Shown piece after piece: positions 50,149 to 64,000 of a stretch of 64,000 bases of DNA. Under the pieces are notes generated by a model. The model was not told where the DNA came from, searched no databases, and worked only from the letters and a program-made list of their open reading frames with translations. Source of the stretch: Octopus vulgaris (lineage: Eukaryota); contig OX597832.1 of NCBI GenBank assembly GCA_951406725.2, positions 58,094,001-58,158,000 on the forward strand. Direction: 5' to 3'. Position 1 is the first letter of the stretch. Each line of letters opens with the position of its first letter. A program made the translations under genes and the position numbers.

Positions 50149-50873
50149 GAGCAACCCCCCCTGTCCAATGGACGGTGCTGAGTTGTCAAGCATTGAAACC
50201 AAATTTTCTCAAAGCAACTTGTCCGACCGTCCCATAGGCTTCCCCTTTGAGAAACACTGATTTAACCTAAATTTGAGACACCAGTAAAAGAAGAAATAAA
50301 GATAAACTTTTTTCTATTCCAAAGAAAAACGATTTTATTCACACAATTATGCAAGCGAAGAGTTTAAAGTACCAGTATTGATAAGGCTGTTGGCTGGGAG
50401 AACACAAATATGGTTTAAAAAGTAAGCTTGGCAGGAAAAAGCGTGACTTTAAGCAGTACAAAAACAACAAAAAATGGAAGGTGCAGTTATGTACAGGTTG
50501 ACAAAATTCATGCCACATCAACTGCCGTCCGTGTAACCAGGAGTCGCGACTCCTAGAAAGGGACCAGTCTGAAACTGAAAATGTGATATTGAAACAACTT
50601 CGTCAAATATTACAATATTCGGTGCGGTCACCGAGGCAAGGTAAATCAATCCCTTATTCCTAACCCTCTTGATCCGCCACTGCCTAATACCACTAAGCCA
50701 AAATGAATTAAAGAAGTGTTTCAAGCTATCTAACGTTGCTTGGAAAATAAACGATGACAAGTCGTACTGAACGCTACCTCAAGATCTGGAGAAACAGAAA
50801 CAAAGTTTATTGTAAATAGTCAGACTCCAATAAGCTAACAAATATAAGAAGGGATATAATGGCAAATAAATAT

Positions 50874-51080
50874 TTAATCCTTTAGCATTTAAACTAGACG
50901 TATCCGTCCCAAATATTCTACCTGTTCTAAGTTCAAACCGATGAGATCAAGTCCCTCACGCCTACATTTCAATTTCGTTCTAAAAGTAAACAATTATGTC
51001 ATTGAAACCTCGAAGCTACAAGATTAAAGAAGATTAATTCAAAACGGTGAATATATAAGCATTATGCGTGACGGAGTTTC
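50874..51080. mobile_element. Possible decayed piggyBac-like MITE
   Basis: Begins TTAA-TCCTTTAGCATT and ends ...CAG-TTAA; right TIR is poor. Confidence 0.35.
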
Positions 51081-51499
51081 AAACAGTTAAAGACGCAGAA
51101 CTAAACGAAAAACATGTTTGCGAAGGTGGGCTAGGTATGAGTACGGTGTATGTATGATGAAGAAGACTGACATATGAATATAGTGTATGATGAAGACCGA
51201 GGTATGAATACAGCATGTGATAAAGAAAAGCTAGGCATGAATATATGCTGGAGTAGCTGATGGAAGAGAATTCCAAATTATTGATTCAGGTTTTCAGAAA
51301 GAGAAGATAGAGGAACAGATTGAAAACACGAGAAATGATATCGGAAATCAAAATGACAATGAAGCATTAGATGAAGGGAATACCAATGAGTTTGAATAAG
51401 TTTCAAGAGAAGAGTGCTGAAGACATCGAAAATATACAGAAAGGAATTTTAAAATGAAGTTGCCAAAATAAGCTACATAAACATGTCAGAAAGAGAACC

Positions 51500-52970
51500 C
51501 TGAATACAACAACAACAACAAACATGAAATTGTTGAGGATGGAAAAGACTGCAATCAAAGATCTTCTCAACACAATTAAGCCTAATTCGTCTGAACCCAA
51601 TCAATTGATGTATGCCTCAGCCAAAGCAAATTGAATCAAAATATTCCGTCAATAAACGGTATACTGGCCTGTGCTACACAGAAAACCGAACTGGAGAAAA
51701 AGGTAAAAAAGAAAATGGAACTAAGGAGAGGAGAAATATCGATCTGAAAGAAACTTGGCATGATGAAGGATGATAGAAGAAAGTTAGGAAATCAAAGAAA
51801 ACAATATGGGCAAAAAAGATAGATGGTATGCTACCAATCAAAGAGCCAGAGATAGGATAAGCCAAAACTTAAAGTGTAAAAGGTAGCATAAATGAAGCTA
51901 ATTTTACAGGCAAAACAAACTTTGCATTTTACCGAGAGATAAGAAGAGAGTCGTAGGTAGTTGATAAAACACCAACAATTGAATAAGCTCGGTAATTCTG
52001 GAGTAGGATTTTGAGTAACCAAGAATAAGCCTCAATGATGATGCTAAAGGAATAAACAACATACAGAAGGCAAATAGTGAAGTACTAGAATAAGAATGGC
52101 AAAATACAATTCGTAAAGAATTTAAAGAAGCTCTCAGAAAAAACAAAAACACACACACAAAAAAAAGGGAAACAGCGTGTATAAAGTTCCAAAAGTTTTG
52201 GTAATCCATGCTATTATCTCTCCCCGAAATACTAAAAAAAAACTTCTAAACGAAATTATTGAGAACCAACTAAAATACCGGAATGTTTATGCAAAGGGCA
52301 ACCTACATACCACCGAAATCAAGAAACATAACAACCAAAGCAACGAAAGAGACAGAAAGAGATTACAAACCTCTTACCTGCCTGTCAACTTCCTATAAAG
52401 TCTTTTAGATCAATATTGCTTGAATGAATAGATTTTCATAAGGAAGAAAACAGCTTCCCACTTGAATAAAATGTTTCTTTCCGTGGTTTATTCGCATGTA
52501 TAAACTAACTCCTAATTAACTGTAAAATACGGGAAAACTGCCGCTCAAAACCGGACTTAAAGCTGCTCGTGGATTGAATATGAAAAGGTGTTTGAGAGTG
52601 TTTCTCACTAAAAGCTTTGTAAGAGCACAAAATATCATTCATGCTAATAAATTTCTTAAAGCACAGCTTGATCTCGAAGAACACAACTCTAATTTTTTTC
52701 TGACTCAAATATTACGATGAGATCCAGCAATAAGAACCTTACTTGTGGCATTATCCAAGGAGACTCTCTTTCACAGCAACTCTTTCGTCTCTTCTTAATT
52801 GCCTTATCAGAATTAAGCAACGCTTATTTTGGTTATAAGATCAAGGACAGGAAAATCACACTTTATTTACGATATGAACGATTTAAAACGGTGAGGAGAG
52901 TGAAGGAGCGGAAGGAAATTTGAAAACAGTCAACAGTTTCACTGATGACTTAAGTATGGAGTCTGGAGTT
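51500..52970 (+). mobile_element. Heavily decayed R4/Dong-clade reverse transcriptase remnant
   Basis: Motifs in order: YKPLTCLSTSYKV, WIEYEKVFESVSH (DYKKAFDSV-like), GIIQGDSLSQQLF, and a frameshifted MNDLK (YMDD-like). Confidence 0.8.
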
Positions 52971-53114
52971 TCGTACACATAAGCGTATATATGTTTCCTA
53001 CTACATACATATATATGTATGTGCCTCAATGTGTACACATACACACACACACACACACACACAGAATATATACATGTACATATATGTATATACATACATA
53101 CATACATACATACA

Positions 53115-53182
<68 letters not shown>

Positions 53183-53273
53183 GTATGTGTGTGTGTGTGC
53201 ATATGCACAGTTAGATAGATTGATAAATAGATAGATGGATGGATAGATAGATAAACAGATAGATAGATAGATT

Positions 53274-53341
<68 letters not shown>

Positions 53342-53482
53342 TTCGTTGCACATTTCCGCTTTGTAACTAAACGCTAACGACAAACTCATTCAATGAAAAA
53401 TATAATATTTTAATAAAATTGAGTTATAGTTTCATAATGGAACTCAGATACTAAATATGTAAATAGAGAATATATTATTTAA

Positions 53483-54175
53483 GAGGCGCAGATGTGCAAG
53501 AAAGCTGCTTCCTAACCATTTGGATCTGGTTTCAATCCCGTCGTGTGGCACCTTGGACTAGTGCTTTCCGAGAAATCCTCGGATCAACTAAATCTTTGTG
53601 AGTGAACTTGGTAATCAGGAACTAAAAGAAACCCGTGACATTTATATATTCTTTATTCTTTTCTTCTTTTACTTGATTCGGTCATTTGACTGCGGCCATG
53701 CTGGAGCACAGCCTTAAAGGGATTTTAGTCGAAGAAATCGACCCCAGGACTTATTCTTTGTAAGCCTAGACCTTATTCTATCAGTCACTTTTGCTGAGCC
53801 GCAAGCTCACGGGGACCTAACACACACCAGCATCGGTTGTCAAGCGATAGTGGGGAGACAAACACACACACATATATATATGCGATGGGCTTCTTTCTGT
53901 TTCCGTCTACCAAAATCCACTCAGAAGAGTTTTGCCTGCGTTAAACATTCATCATCGTAACCGATAGGATGTCCGTTCACAGCCACTGTCTCCTGTCATC
54001 GCTTGACTACAAGTGTATAGTAATCTCTCCGTAACTTAGCAGTTCGGCAAAAACTTCCCGATTGAATATGCGCCACGCTATAAAAAAGCACTGAAGTCGA
54101 TTCGTTCGACTAAAATTCTTCGAAGCGGTGCCTCAGCATGGCCGCAGTCTAATGACTGATACGTATAAAATATGA
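53483..54175. mobile_element. Decayed family A SINE (+) interrupted by a minus-strand family A copy (~53655-53925)
   Basis: Family A motifs in both orientations. Confidence 0.7.
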
Positions 54176-54330
54176 AAAATAGACGCAAGAGCAAGTATCA
54201 CGCTCGTTGTGTCCTTGAACAAAACATTTCCTTTTACGTCGCCCCAACCTCTTCAGCTGTCAATGGGTAACTCTATAATAGAATGGCGTTCCGTCCAGAG
54301 ATGATGTTTGCCTCGCGGAGCGGCATCATT

Positions 54331-54363
54331 CGTCTGACGAAGAGCTACGCTCGAAACGTTACA
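54331..54363 (+). ncRNA. Minimal hammerhead motif with intact core, in a Penelope-like fragment (~54325-54470)
   Basis: GT-CTGACGA-A-GAGC-TAC-GCTC-GAA-ACGT-T-AC; stem I only 2 bp in this copy. Confidence 0.65.
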
Positions 54364-54480
54364 CCCGTATTCTGTTTTTTTCCCCATCTTAAACTTTTTC
54401 TGAGTGTCAATCTAATACATTTACAGTGTACGGCCTCTTGACCTCTGTTATACTTATTGTTATTTTTGATTCCCCCTACT

Positions 54481-54722
54481 TACTCTTTTACTTGATTCAG
54501 TCATTTGACTGTGGCCATGCTGGAGCACCACCTTTCGTCGAGCAAATCGACCCCGGGACTAATTCTTTGTAAGCCTAGTACTTATTCTATCGGTCTCTTT
54601 TGCCGAACCGCTAAGTTAGGGGGACGTAAATAAACCAGCATCGGTTGTCAAGCATTGTTGGGGGGACAAACACAGACACACAAACACAGACACACATTCA
54701 TACATACATACATACATACATA

Positions 54723-54805
<83 letters not shown>

Positions 54806-54834
54806 GTGTATATATATATGTATATATGTATATA

Positions 54835-54872
<38 letters not shown>

Positions 54873-55160
54873 TGTATGTATGTATGTATGTATGCATGTA
54901 TGTATGTATGTATGTATGTATGTGTGTGTTTGTCTGTGTTTGTCCCCTAACATCGCTTGACAACTGATGCTGATTTATATATATACATATACATATATAC
55001 GACGGGCTTCTTTCAGTTTCCGTCTACCAAATCCACTCACAAGGCTTTGGTCAGCCCGAGGCTTTAGTAGAAGACACTTGCTCAAGGTGCCACGCAGTGG
55101 AACTGAACCTGGAACCATGTGGTTCGTAAGCAAGCTACTTACCACACAGCCACCCCTACG
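54481..55160 (-). mobile_element. SINE family A with expanded microsatellite and an internal inverted duplicate (~54925-54975)
   Basis: Minus-strand family A halves; + strand TGTTTGTCCCCTAACATCGCTTGACAAC is the inverse of ~54632-54680. Confidence 0.8.
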
Positions 55161-55319
55161 CTTTATGTACGTATGTATTCTTTGGCATTTAGATTTCCGT
55201 GTCATCGTTATACGCATGGATCCGAACGTGTATGTGTAATGGCTGCCATCAATATAACCGTGCTGGTCGAATTGTTTCCCCTCTTGACTTATTCCGCTAT
55301 ATTTTGCCGCCCAGCCATC

Positions 55320-55352
<33 letters not shown>

Positions 55353-55483
55353 GTCATAATCATCATCATTATCATTATTGTATAATTCTTCGTTCCTACC
55401 TATAAATAACCGATGCAACTGTGTTTATGAGTTTAATAAATGTGCATTACCACAAATAAGCCGGTAAAAAATTCCACTTTCAA

Positions 55484-55582
<99 letters not shown>

Positions 55583-55842
55583 CATATATATATACATATA
55601 TATATATACATATATGTATATATACAAGTAAGATGATTTGACAATAACAATACGAAGCAGACTATATCAGAGATATGAAATATTAACAGAAATATATGTA
55701 TGCTTTATGAACAAATCTATTCCGTAATGTTATCATAAATATATAAACAGTATGTCTACCATTTTATTACATTAACGATATTATATAAACAGAAATGCAG
55801 CAACGATCTACTGAACGGCTGGTTGATAATTTTTGAACGTCA

Positions 55843-55912
<70 letters not shown>

Positions 55913-55988
55913 CGGTGCCCCAGCATGGCTACAGCTCATAAGCTGAAACTGGAAAAATAAAAAAAAATAAAAAAATATATATATATAC

Positions 55989-56033
<45 letters not shown>

Positions 56034-56037
56034 AAAA

Positions 56038-56076
<39 letters not shown>

Positions 56077-56107
56077 TATATATATACATATATATATATA
56101 CACACAT

Positions 56108-56200
<93 letters not shown>

Positions 56201-56284
56201 CATATATGTGATATATAAATATATATATTGATGCGTATTTTTTACTTATTTCAGTCATTTGACTGTGACCATGCTGGAGCACCG

Positions 56285-56760
<476 letters not shown>

Positions 56761-56826
56761 CTAAATATATATATATATATAATATATACCTACATATATA
56801 TTCATACATACATATATGTCTAAATA

Positions 56827-57297
<471 letters not shown>

Positions 57298-58011
57298 CAC
57301 ATACATATATATAAATACATAGAGAATGCGTGTGGTTTAGTAGATGGTATATTCGGCGGGCCCAAAATTATACAATACTGGTTTCATAGCAGCCAATATG
57401 TTATGATATAAAATCCGCTGCAGACATCTCATAGACATCTCGTCCAGTGTCTAAAGCAGTGAATTTAGTACTATATTGCCTCGGCATCTCCTTTAACGGC
57501 TATAAATTTGTATTACATTTCTTAACGAATAAATTCTGCTTTTGTGCTTTAATTCTCAAAATAATTAAGAAATACGAGATAAAATTGAATAATTTTATAA
57601 AGGATAATTTTTCATAATGAAATCTTATATGAGCTTTCACGTAATATTTCAGTATTTTTATTAGATTAAATTTATTTTCCTTTATAAAGTCTATGCAGAG
57701 AAGTTCATTACACTGACAGTCGAATAGTGCAGGGCATCGCATATGGTGGGCTTGTTTATAATGGGTTGTCTTGGTTATTCTGGTCCCCGAGACCAGACCC
57801 GTTTACGCCGGATGTTTGCTTCATCATCGCACGAGACAGATAAGTACCAATCAACTTGTTAATTTCTTACTCTCACTAGTCGTTTTCTACCGTCGCTACG
57901 CTGCCGGGCAACGGCCTAGTCGAGGTGAAAGAGAGCCTTCAGCTGAAGCCTAGTACAGCAACCTGTTTTCCCTTCAAATAAAATTTAATTCTCTCTTTCA
58001 CTCTCTGTCCT

Positions 58012-58054
<43 letters not shown>

Positions 58055-58269
58055 CACGCACACACACACGCACACACACACACTCTCTCTCTTTCTCTCT
58101 CTCTCTCCTCCCCCCATTGCATTTCCCTCTCAACAACCACAACAACAACCTTTCATTATTGTGGAAGTCTCATTTTAAAATTTCTGTTGCATTGTCTGTA
58201 TGTCGAAAGACTATAGAAACACACACTCAGAGAAATACACATGCACACACATACAACTAAAAAAGATAT

Positions 58270-58444
58270 ATGTATTTCTTGAGCAAAACACTTCATTTTC
58301 ACGTTGCTCCAGTCCACTCAGCTGGCAAAAAGGATTAATTCTGCGACGGACCGACGTCCCGTCCAGGTGGGGAACCTATGTGCCAAGGAAACCGAGAACC
58401 GGCCTTTATGAGCCAGGGGTGGCTCGAGAAGGAACAAACAAAAC
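58270..58444 (+). mobile_element. 5'-truncated CORE-type SINE with a different tail
   Basis: TTCTTGAGCAAAACACTT...TTGCTCCAGTCCACTCAGCTG core; ends in AACAAACAAAAC. Confidence 0.6.
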
Positions 58445-58447
58445 ATA

Positions 58448-58509
<62 letters not shown>

Positions 58510-58510
<1 letters not shown>

Positions 58511-59787
58511 GAGGGACGTTCAATAAGTAATGCCTCTGACCCACTTGCAGTTGTTTGATCTAGCTGAAATTTTGCATGTGCAATCATTTATATCTCTATA
58601 GAGTAAGTGGCTCTGAATTAATTGTGGTTTCTGATTTACAGGTGTTTGAACCGAGTCAAGTGTGAAATGGAGCCTGTTGAGTGTCGAGCAGTGATCCGGT
58701 TTTTGTATTTGAAAGGACGCACACCACGGGATACTTTTGATGAAATGAAAGTAACTTATGGTGATGATGCCCCATCATATGACCTTGTAAAACGCTGGCA
58801 TCGTGAATTCAAACATGGTCGGAACTCTGTGGAAACAGCTCCCAGATCTGGTCGCCCCCTTCCGCCATTAATGAGGCATCTGTCCGTCAAGTTGAGGCTG
58901 CCATTTTGGAAGATCGACGCATAATTATTCGCCAAATAGCCCATGAGGTCAAGATTAGTACCGGGTCTGTGGAAACTATCATTCATGACCATTTGCATAT
59001 GCAAAAGGTGTCTGCCAGATGGATTCCCAGGTTGCTCACGCCTTTCCAGAAGCAAGAACGGGTCGAGTGCTCGAGGGTGAATTTGGAGATGTGCCAAGAA
59101 GATGAGTCAAAATTTTTCAAAAGACTGATTATACAGGATGAAACCTGGGTCCATCACGATGATCCAGAGACCAAAGCCCAGTCAATGCAGTGGAAGCACT
59201 GTGACTCACCTCCTCCAAAGAAGGCAAGGGTGCAGCCCTCCGCTGGCAAGGTCATGCTCACAGTCTTCTGGGACCAGGACGGAGTAGTGATGACAGATTT
59301 CCTGGCAAAGGGTACCACAATTGCAGGAGCCTATTATGCTTCACTTTTGAGGAAATTAAGAGAAGTTATCAAAATCAAGAGGCGGGGCAAGATCAGCAAA
59401 GGCATCCTCCTCCTGCAGGACAACGCTCCGGTCCACAACTCGCTTGTCGCCAGATCAGAAGCACAGGCGATCAGAAGCACTCCTCCCCACCCCCCTACTT
59501 TCCTGACTTTGCACCCTCTGATTTTCACCTCTTCCCAATCATGAAGTTGTTTTTGAAAGGAAAGCGTTTCCCATATGATGCAGCCTTAATTTCTGAAGTC
59601 ACATTGAGGTTGGAGGACCAAGCTGGGTTCTTCTACAAAAACGGTCTGCAGAGCCGCATCAAACGATGGGAGAAATGCGTAACTCTGGGTGGTTCCTATG
59701 TAGAAAAAGACTAATAACTGTGCCAAGTTTCGTTGCTCTACTGCTATGGGAAGTGGGTCAGGGGCATTACTTATTGAACGCCCCTCG
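58510..59787 (+). mobile_element. Near-complete mariner transposon (probably irritans-like)
   Basis: TA TSDs; TIRs CGAGGGACGTTCAATAAGTAATGCCTCTGACCCACTT / AAGTGGGTCAGGGGCATTACTTATTGAACGCCCCTCG; 1278 bp. Confidence 0.95.
58667..59714 (+). pseudogene. Mariner transposase, frameshifted near 58860 and near 59470
   Basis: MEPVECRAVIRFLYLKG, PRSGRP, WIPRLL, DETW, SAGKVMLTVFWD, QDNAPVH, then PYFPDFAPSDFHLF in a new frame; ends EKD*. Confidence 0.92.
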
Positions 59788-60674
59788 TATATATAAATTA
59801 TATAAATGATATATATATATAATATATATAATATAAATGATATATATATGTATGTGTGTATGTATGTATGTATGTATGTATGTATGTATGTATGTATGTA
59901 TGTATGTATGTATCTATCTATCTAACTATATATGCATATATGGGTATAGGATGTCACGAACAGTAAACAACGAGAGTTACGGAAAAAATGATTTAAATAC
60001 GCTGACGACGAGAGAAAAAATGGAAAACAGGACAAGTAACATAAAGAAAGACACTTCATCCGTTATCGGTTGTCTATCTACTTCTCATTTAGTATTTATA
60101 TAAAGATGTATATATGTATACATGTATGTATGTAAATATGTATGTATGTATATTTAAAGTCTTTGTTGCGTTGTGTTCCGAAGAACGTAGTGTCGATGTA
60201 TGTCAGTAACAAAGGCAGGACGTTTGTTTTGATATACCGTCCTATAAACCTCGTGTAGTCCCAGGTAAGTTATAATTGAGAAACTATAATGAAAGCCGTT
60301 CCAATAATCGTAGTAGCCTCGTCGTTAAAACGTTTATCAGGAACTATATGTAACTTTTTTATTTGAAGGTGTGATTTACAAGTTTTAACTGCTATTTTCA
60401 GCAAGATGAGCAATAACTGAATTATGTGTTTACAATCCCTGACACGTGTCATAGTAAAAGTGCCTGACGTTAAAAGTACATTTTGCAAAATCTACAAACG
60501 TCTGTTTTTATTATCAATGTAAATATAGAGAGATTTTAAATAAATATATATCTTATGGAAAAGTGGAAAATTAAAACAAAACACAACAATCCTATTATAT
60601 TTTGAATTATTTTTTTTACGCAAGAATAAGATTTGATTCCATCAATTGCTTAAAATTTATGTTGTTGAATATAC

Positions 60675-61080
60675 AGAGCCGTGGATGTTTTTGTAAGAAG
60701 CTTACTTCCCAACCACATGGTTCCAGGTTTAGTCCCACTGCGTGGCTGAATGGCACCTTCGGCAAGTTTCTTCTAGTAAAGCCTCGGGTCCACCAAAACC
60801 TGGTGAGTAGATTTGGTAGACGAAAACTGAAAGAAGCCCGTTTTATACATTTATGCGCGCCCGCGTGCGTGTGTCTCCACTATCGCTTGACAACTGATGT
60901 TGGCGTGCTTACGTCTCCGTAACCTAGCGGTTCGGCAAAAAAAATTGATAGAATAAGTAGTAGGCTTATAAAGAATAAATCCTGGGATCGTATTCTTCGA
61001 CTAAAAATCCTTTTAAGGCGGTGCTCCAGCATGAGCGCAGTCACATTACTGAAACAAGAAAAGGAATAAAAGAATAAAAT
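60675..61080 (+). mobile_element. SINE family A, diverged
   Basis: Family A motifs in order. Confidence 0.75.
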
Positions 61081-61109
61081 AATTTTATCTTAATGATAGA
61101 AATGCATAA

Positions 61110-61283
61110 TGAGATTAAGTCGATTAGATCGACGCCAGTGCGTAACTGGTACTTATTTAATCGATCCCGAAAGGATGAAAGGCAAAGTCGATCTCGGCGG
61201 AATTTGAACTCGGAAGGTAGCGACGGGCGAATTACCGCTAAGCATTTCGCACAGTTTGCTGACGATTCTGCCAGCACGCCGCC
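61110..61283 (-). mobile_element. Family B SINE
   Basis: Reverse complement of head and core; another decayed copy at ~61585-61750. Confidence 0.8.
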
Positions 61284-61284
61284 C

Positions 61285-61315
<31 letters not shown>

Positions 61316-61756
61316 AATAATTCTTTGTACAACAACAACAACAATAATAATATAAAATATGAAAGCAAAGATGGAACCAATTGTGATTGCAGAATTGGAT
61401 CGGTGACGAAAAGCCTTTGGAAACACTTTGACACAATTGGAATCTGACCCAGATTTACGAGATTGCAAATATCCTGCAGAAGGCACTGCCTATTTGAGGT
61501 TAGGAAACTTGCCAGGAGGTCAATTAAGCGACCCATTGTTTACATGATCATCACAGGGGGAAATGAAGGAATATGAAAGTACTTATAAGCACAAAGCCTG
61601 GAAATTGAGGAAAATATTACATCGACCCCAGTACTCAACTGGTACTTATTTTATTGAGCCCAAGAAAGATGAAAAGTAAAGTCGACCTCCACGAAATTTG
61701 AACTCAGAACGTATAGCTTGAGGTATTATGGCAAAGTATTTTGTCCAGCGTAATAT

Positions 61757-61798
<42 letters not shown>

Positions 61799-61805
61799 TA
61801 CGTAC

Positions 61806-61890
<85 letters not shown>

Positions 61891-61897
61891 CATATTC

Positions 61898-62195
61898 TTT
61901 TATTCTTTTATTTGTTTCAGTCATATGACTGCAGTCATGCTGGATCACCGCCTTTAGTCGAGCAAATTGACCGCGGGACTTATTCTTTGTAACTCTTTTT
62001 TGCCGAACTACAAGCGTTGTTGGGGGGGGGGGGGCGGACAAACACAGGCACACAAACATATACAAGCATACATACAAGGCTTTGGTCTGCTCGAGGCTAT
62101 AGGAGAAGACACTTTCCTAAGGTGTCACGCAGAGGGATAGAACGTGGAACTGTGTGGTTGGTAAACAAGCTACTTACCACACAGCCACTCCTGCG

Positions 62196-62198
<3 letters not shown>
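61898..62198 (-). mobile_element. SINE family A with deletions
   Basis: Reverse complement of family A. Confidence 0.75.
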
Positions 62199-62246
<48 letters not shown>

Positions 62247-62265
62247 AATTAATAAATAAAACATA

Positions 62266-62303
<38 letters not shown>

Positions 62304-62484
62304 TCAGCTCGCTTAGCCAGCGAGGTGGCATCATTTGAAGGCTAAAACAATGCGAAGTGCATTGTAACCAGCGATCTGTAGCAACATCTGATAGCCTGGT
62401 CGGTCATGGTGATCATAGTGGTGATATATATATATATGTGTTTATATGTATGTATGTGTATATACATATATATATGTATATATA

Positions 62485-62554
<70 letters not shown>

Positions 62555-63137
62555 TATATACACATATCTATACATATGTGTGCCTATATATATATATATG
62601 TAGTAATGTCAATGCTGTACGTAGAAGGATGCAAACCTTATGAAAGCAATGGCCTAGACGAATCGAAATAATCGTAATAACATCTTAATCGTTCTCTAAA
62701 ATAACCAGATACACGCAATAACATAACCAAAATAACATGTTAATAAATAGAACTATGTGAATATTATACTGTTATACCAGTCGCCATATATACACAAGGT
62801 GCATAGAAGCGTTATGCCAGCCACTATGGACGACTAAAAGCTAAATAGTTGCGTCTTAATTGTTCTGTAAGGTTGTTTCGTTGGCAGCCATGTTTTATTT
62901 TGTATTTTATATTTTCTGATTTCGCCCACCGCTCGCTCACCACACCCATTTTCTTGGTTCACTTGAATAAACAGTGCTGGGTGGTAATTTTAGTAATGGC
63001 CAAGAAGACCATTAGAATTAATGTGTCCAATTTATATTCCCTTCCGTTCGTCGAGCAGGTTTTATGATTTTTCTTTTGGATGTTTTAAAAGTTTTCTTAA
63101 GTGTCCGTTATTATTATTATCATTAGTAGTAGTGGTG

Positions 63138-63191
<54 letters not shown>

Positions 63192-63309
63192 TTATTATTA
63201 CTGGGGTTTTTTCCACTTTCAATTTTGATATATTCCACTTGTTATGTTTTTATTTTTGCCATACAACACACACACACACACACACAGACACACATACAAA
63301 GATATATAC

Positions 63310-63364
<55 letters not shown>

Positions 63365-63459
63365 CATACATATTTTCATACACATATTTACATTTACACA
63401 TACAGATATATATATTCATTTATACATGTATGCACACACACACACACACATATATATAT

Positions 63460-63511
<52 letters not shown>

Positions 63512-64000
63512 GCATACATAAATGTGTTTGTGTGTGTGTAGGTTACAACTATTTTTTTTATATTTGTCAATTTTATCCGCCTCTTTATCTAAACAGCCAA
63601 TTTAGGTTCCTTCGAGTAAGTAACCGCTGAAATGCCCCGACTGTCAGAATCTCAAAAATTTATTGCCGCAAACAATAAACTAAGCCAACAGTAGATCCGG
63701 TAAATTGTCGAGAAAAAGCTATTCTAACCGAACCATTACTGAATCTCTTTCTTTATATTTCTTCACAGACAAAAGCATACACAAGCGCACGTGTACATGC
63801 AGAAGCACATGCACTGATACATAAGAACATTAGCGTGTGTGTGAGTGTGTGTGTGTGTGTGTGTATGTGTGTACATGTGTGTGTGTGTGTGTACATGTGT
63901 GCGTGTGTGCTTATAGATAGATAGAAAGATATATAGGGAGACTGGATGGATGGACGGACAGATAGACGAACAGACAACTACAGCGGTAGATGGGTAGATA

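Noticed and set aside
59940-60095. Possible Penelope-like fragment with a minus-strand hammerhead half
   Set aside because: Only a degenerate CGGATGAAG is present, with no matching GAAA or stems.

Overview
This is AT-rich, microsatellite-saturated eukaryotic DNA. The SINE repertoire is the kind I recognise from octopus genomes, but that is an inference and not a database result. I cannot support any host protein-coding gene, and almost all listed ORFs are translations of microsatellites or repeats. The window is a mosaic of: several tRNA-derived SINE families (many copies, some head-to-tail), a near-complete frameshifted mariner (58510-59787), R4/Dong-clade LINE remnants and a likely non-autonomous partner sitting in (AAT)n tracts, a cluster of four Merlin-type MITEs (one nested), pogo, hAT and Helentron-like non-autonomous elements, and a 100-N gap. 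The most notable signal is ribozyme-bearing retro-elements. Five minimal Penelope-type hammerhead motifs occur. Two of them lie in a TSD-flanked element built as tRNA-like Pol III head + (AAT)n + hammerhead + short tandem tail (4214-4820 and 49299-49574). Also notable are two fold-back elements with different arms that share a one-sided ~55-bp tail. Coordinates of decayed repeats are approximate.
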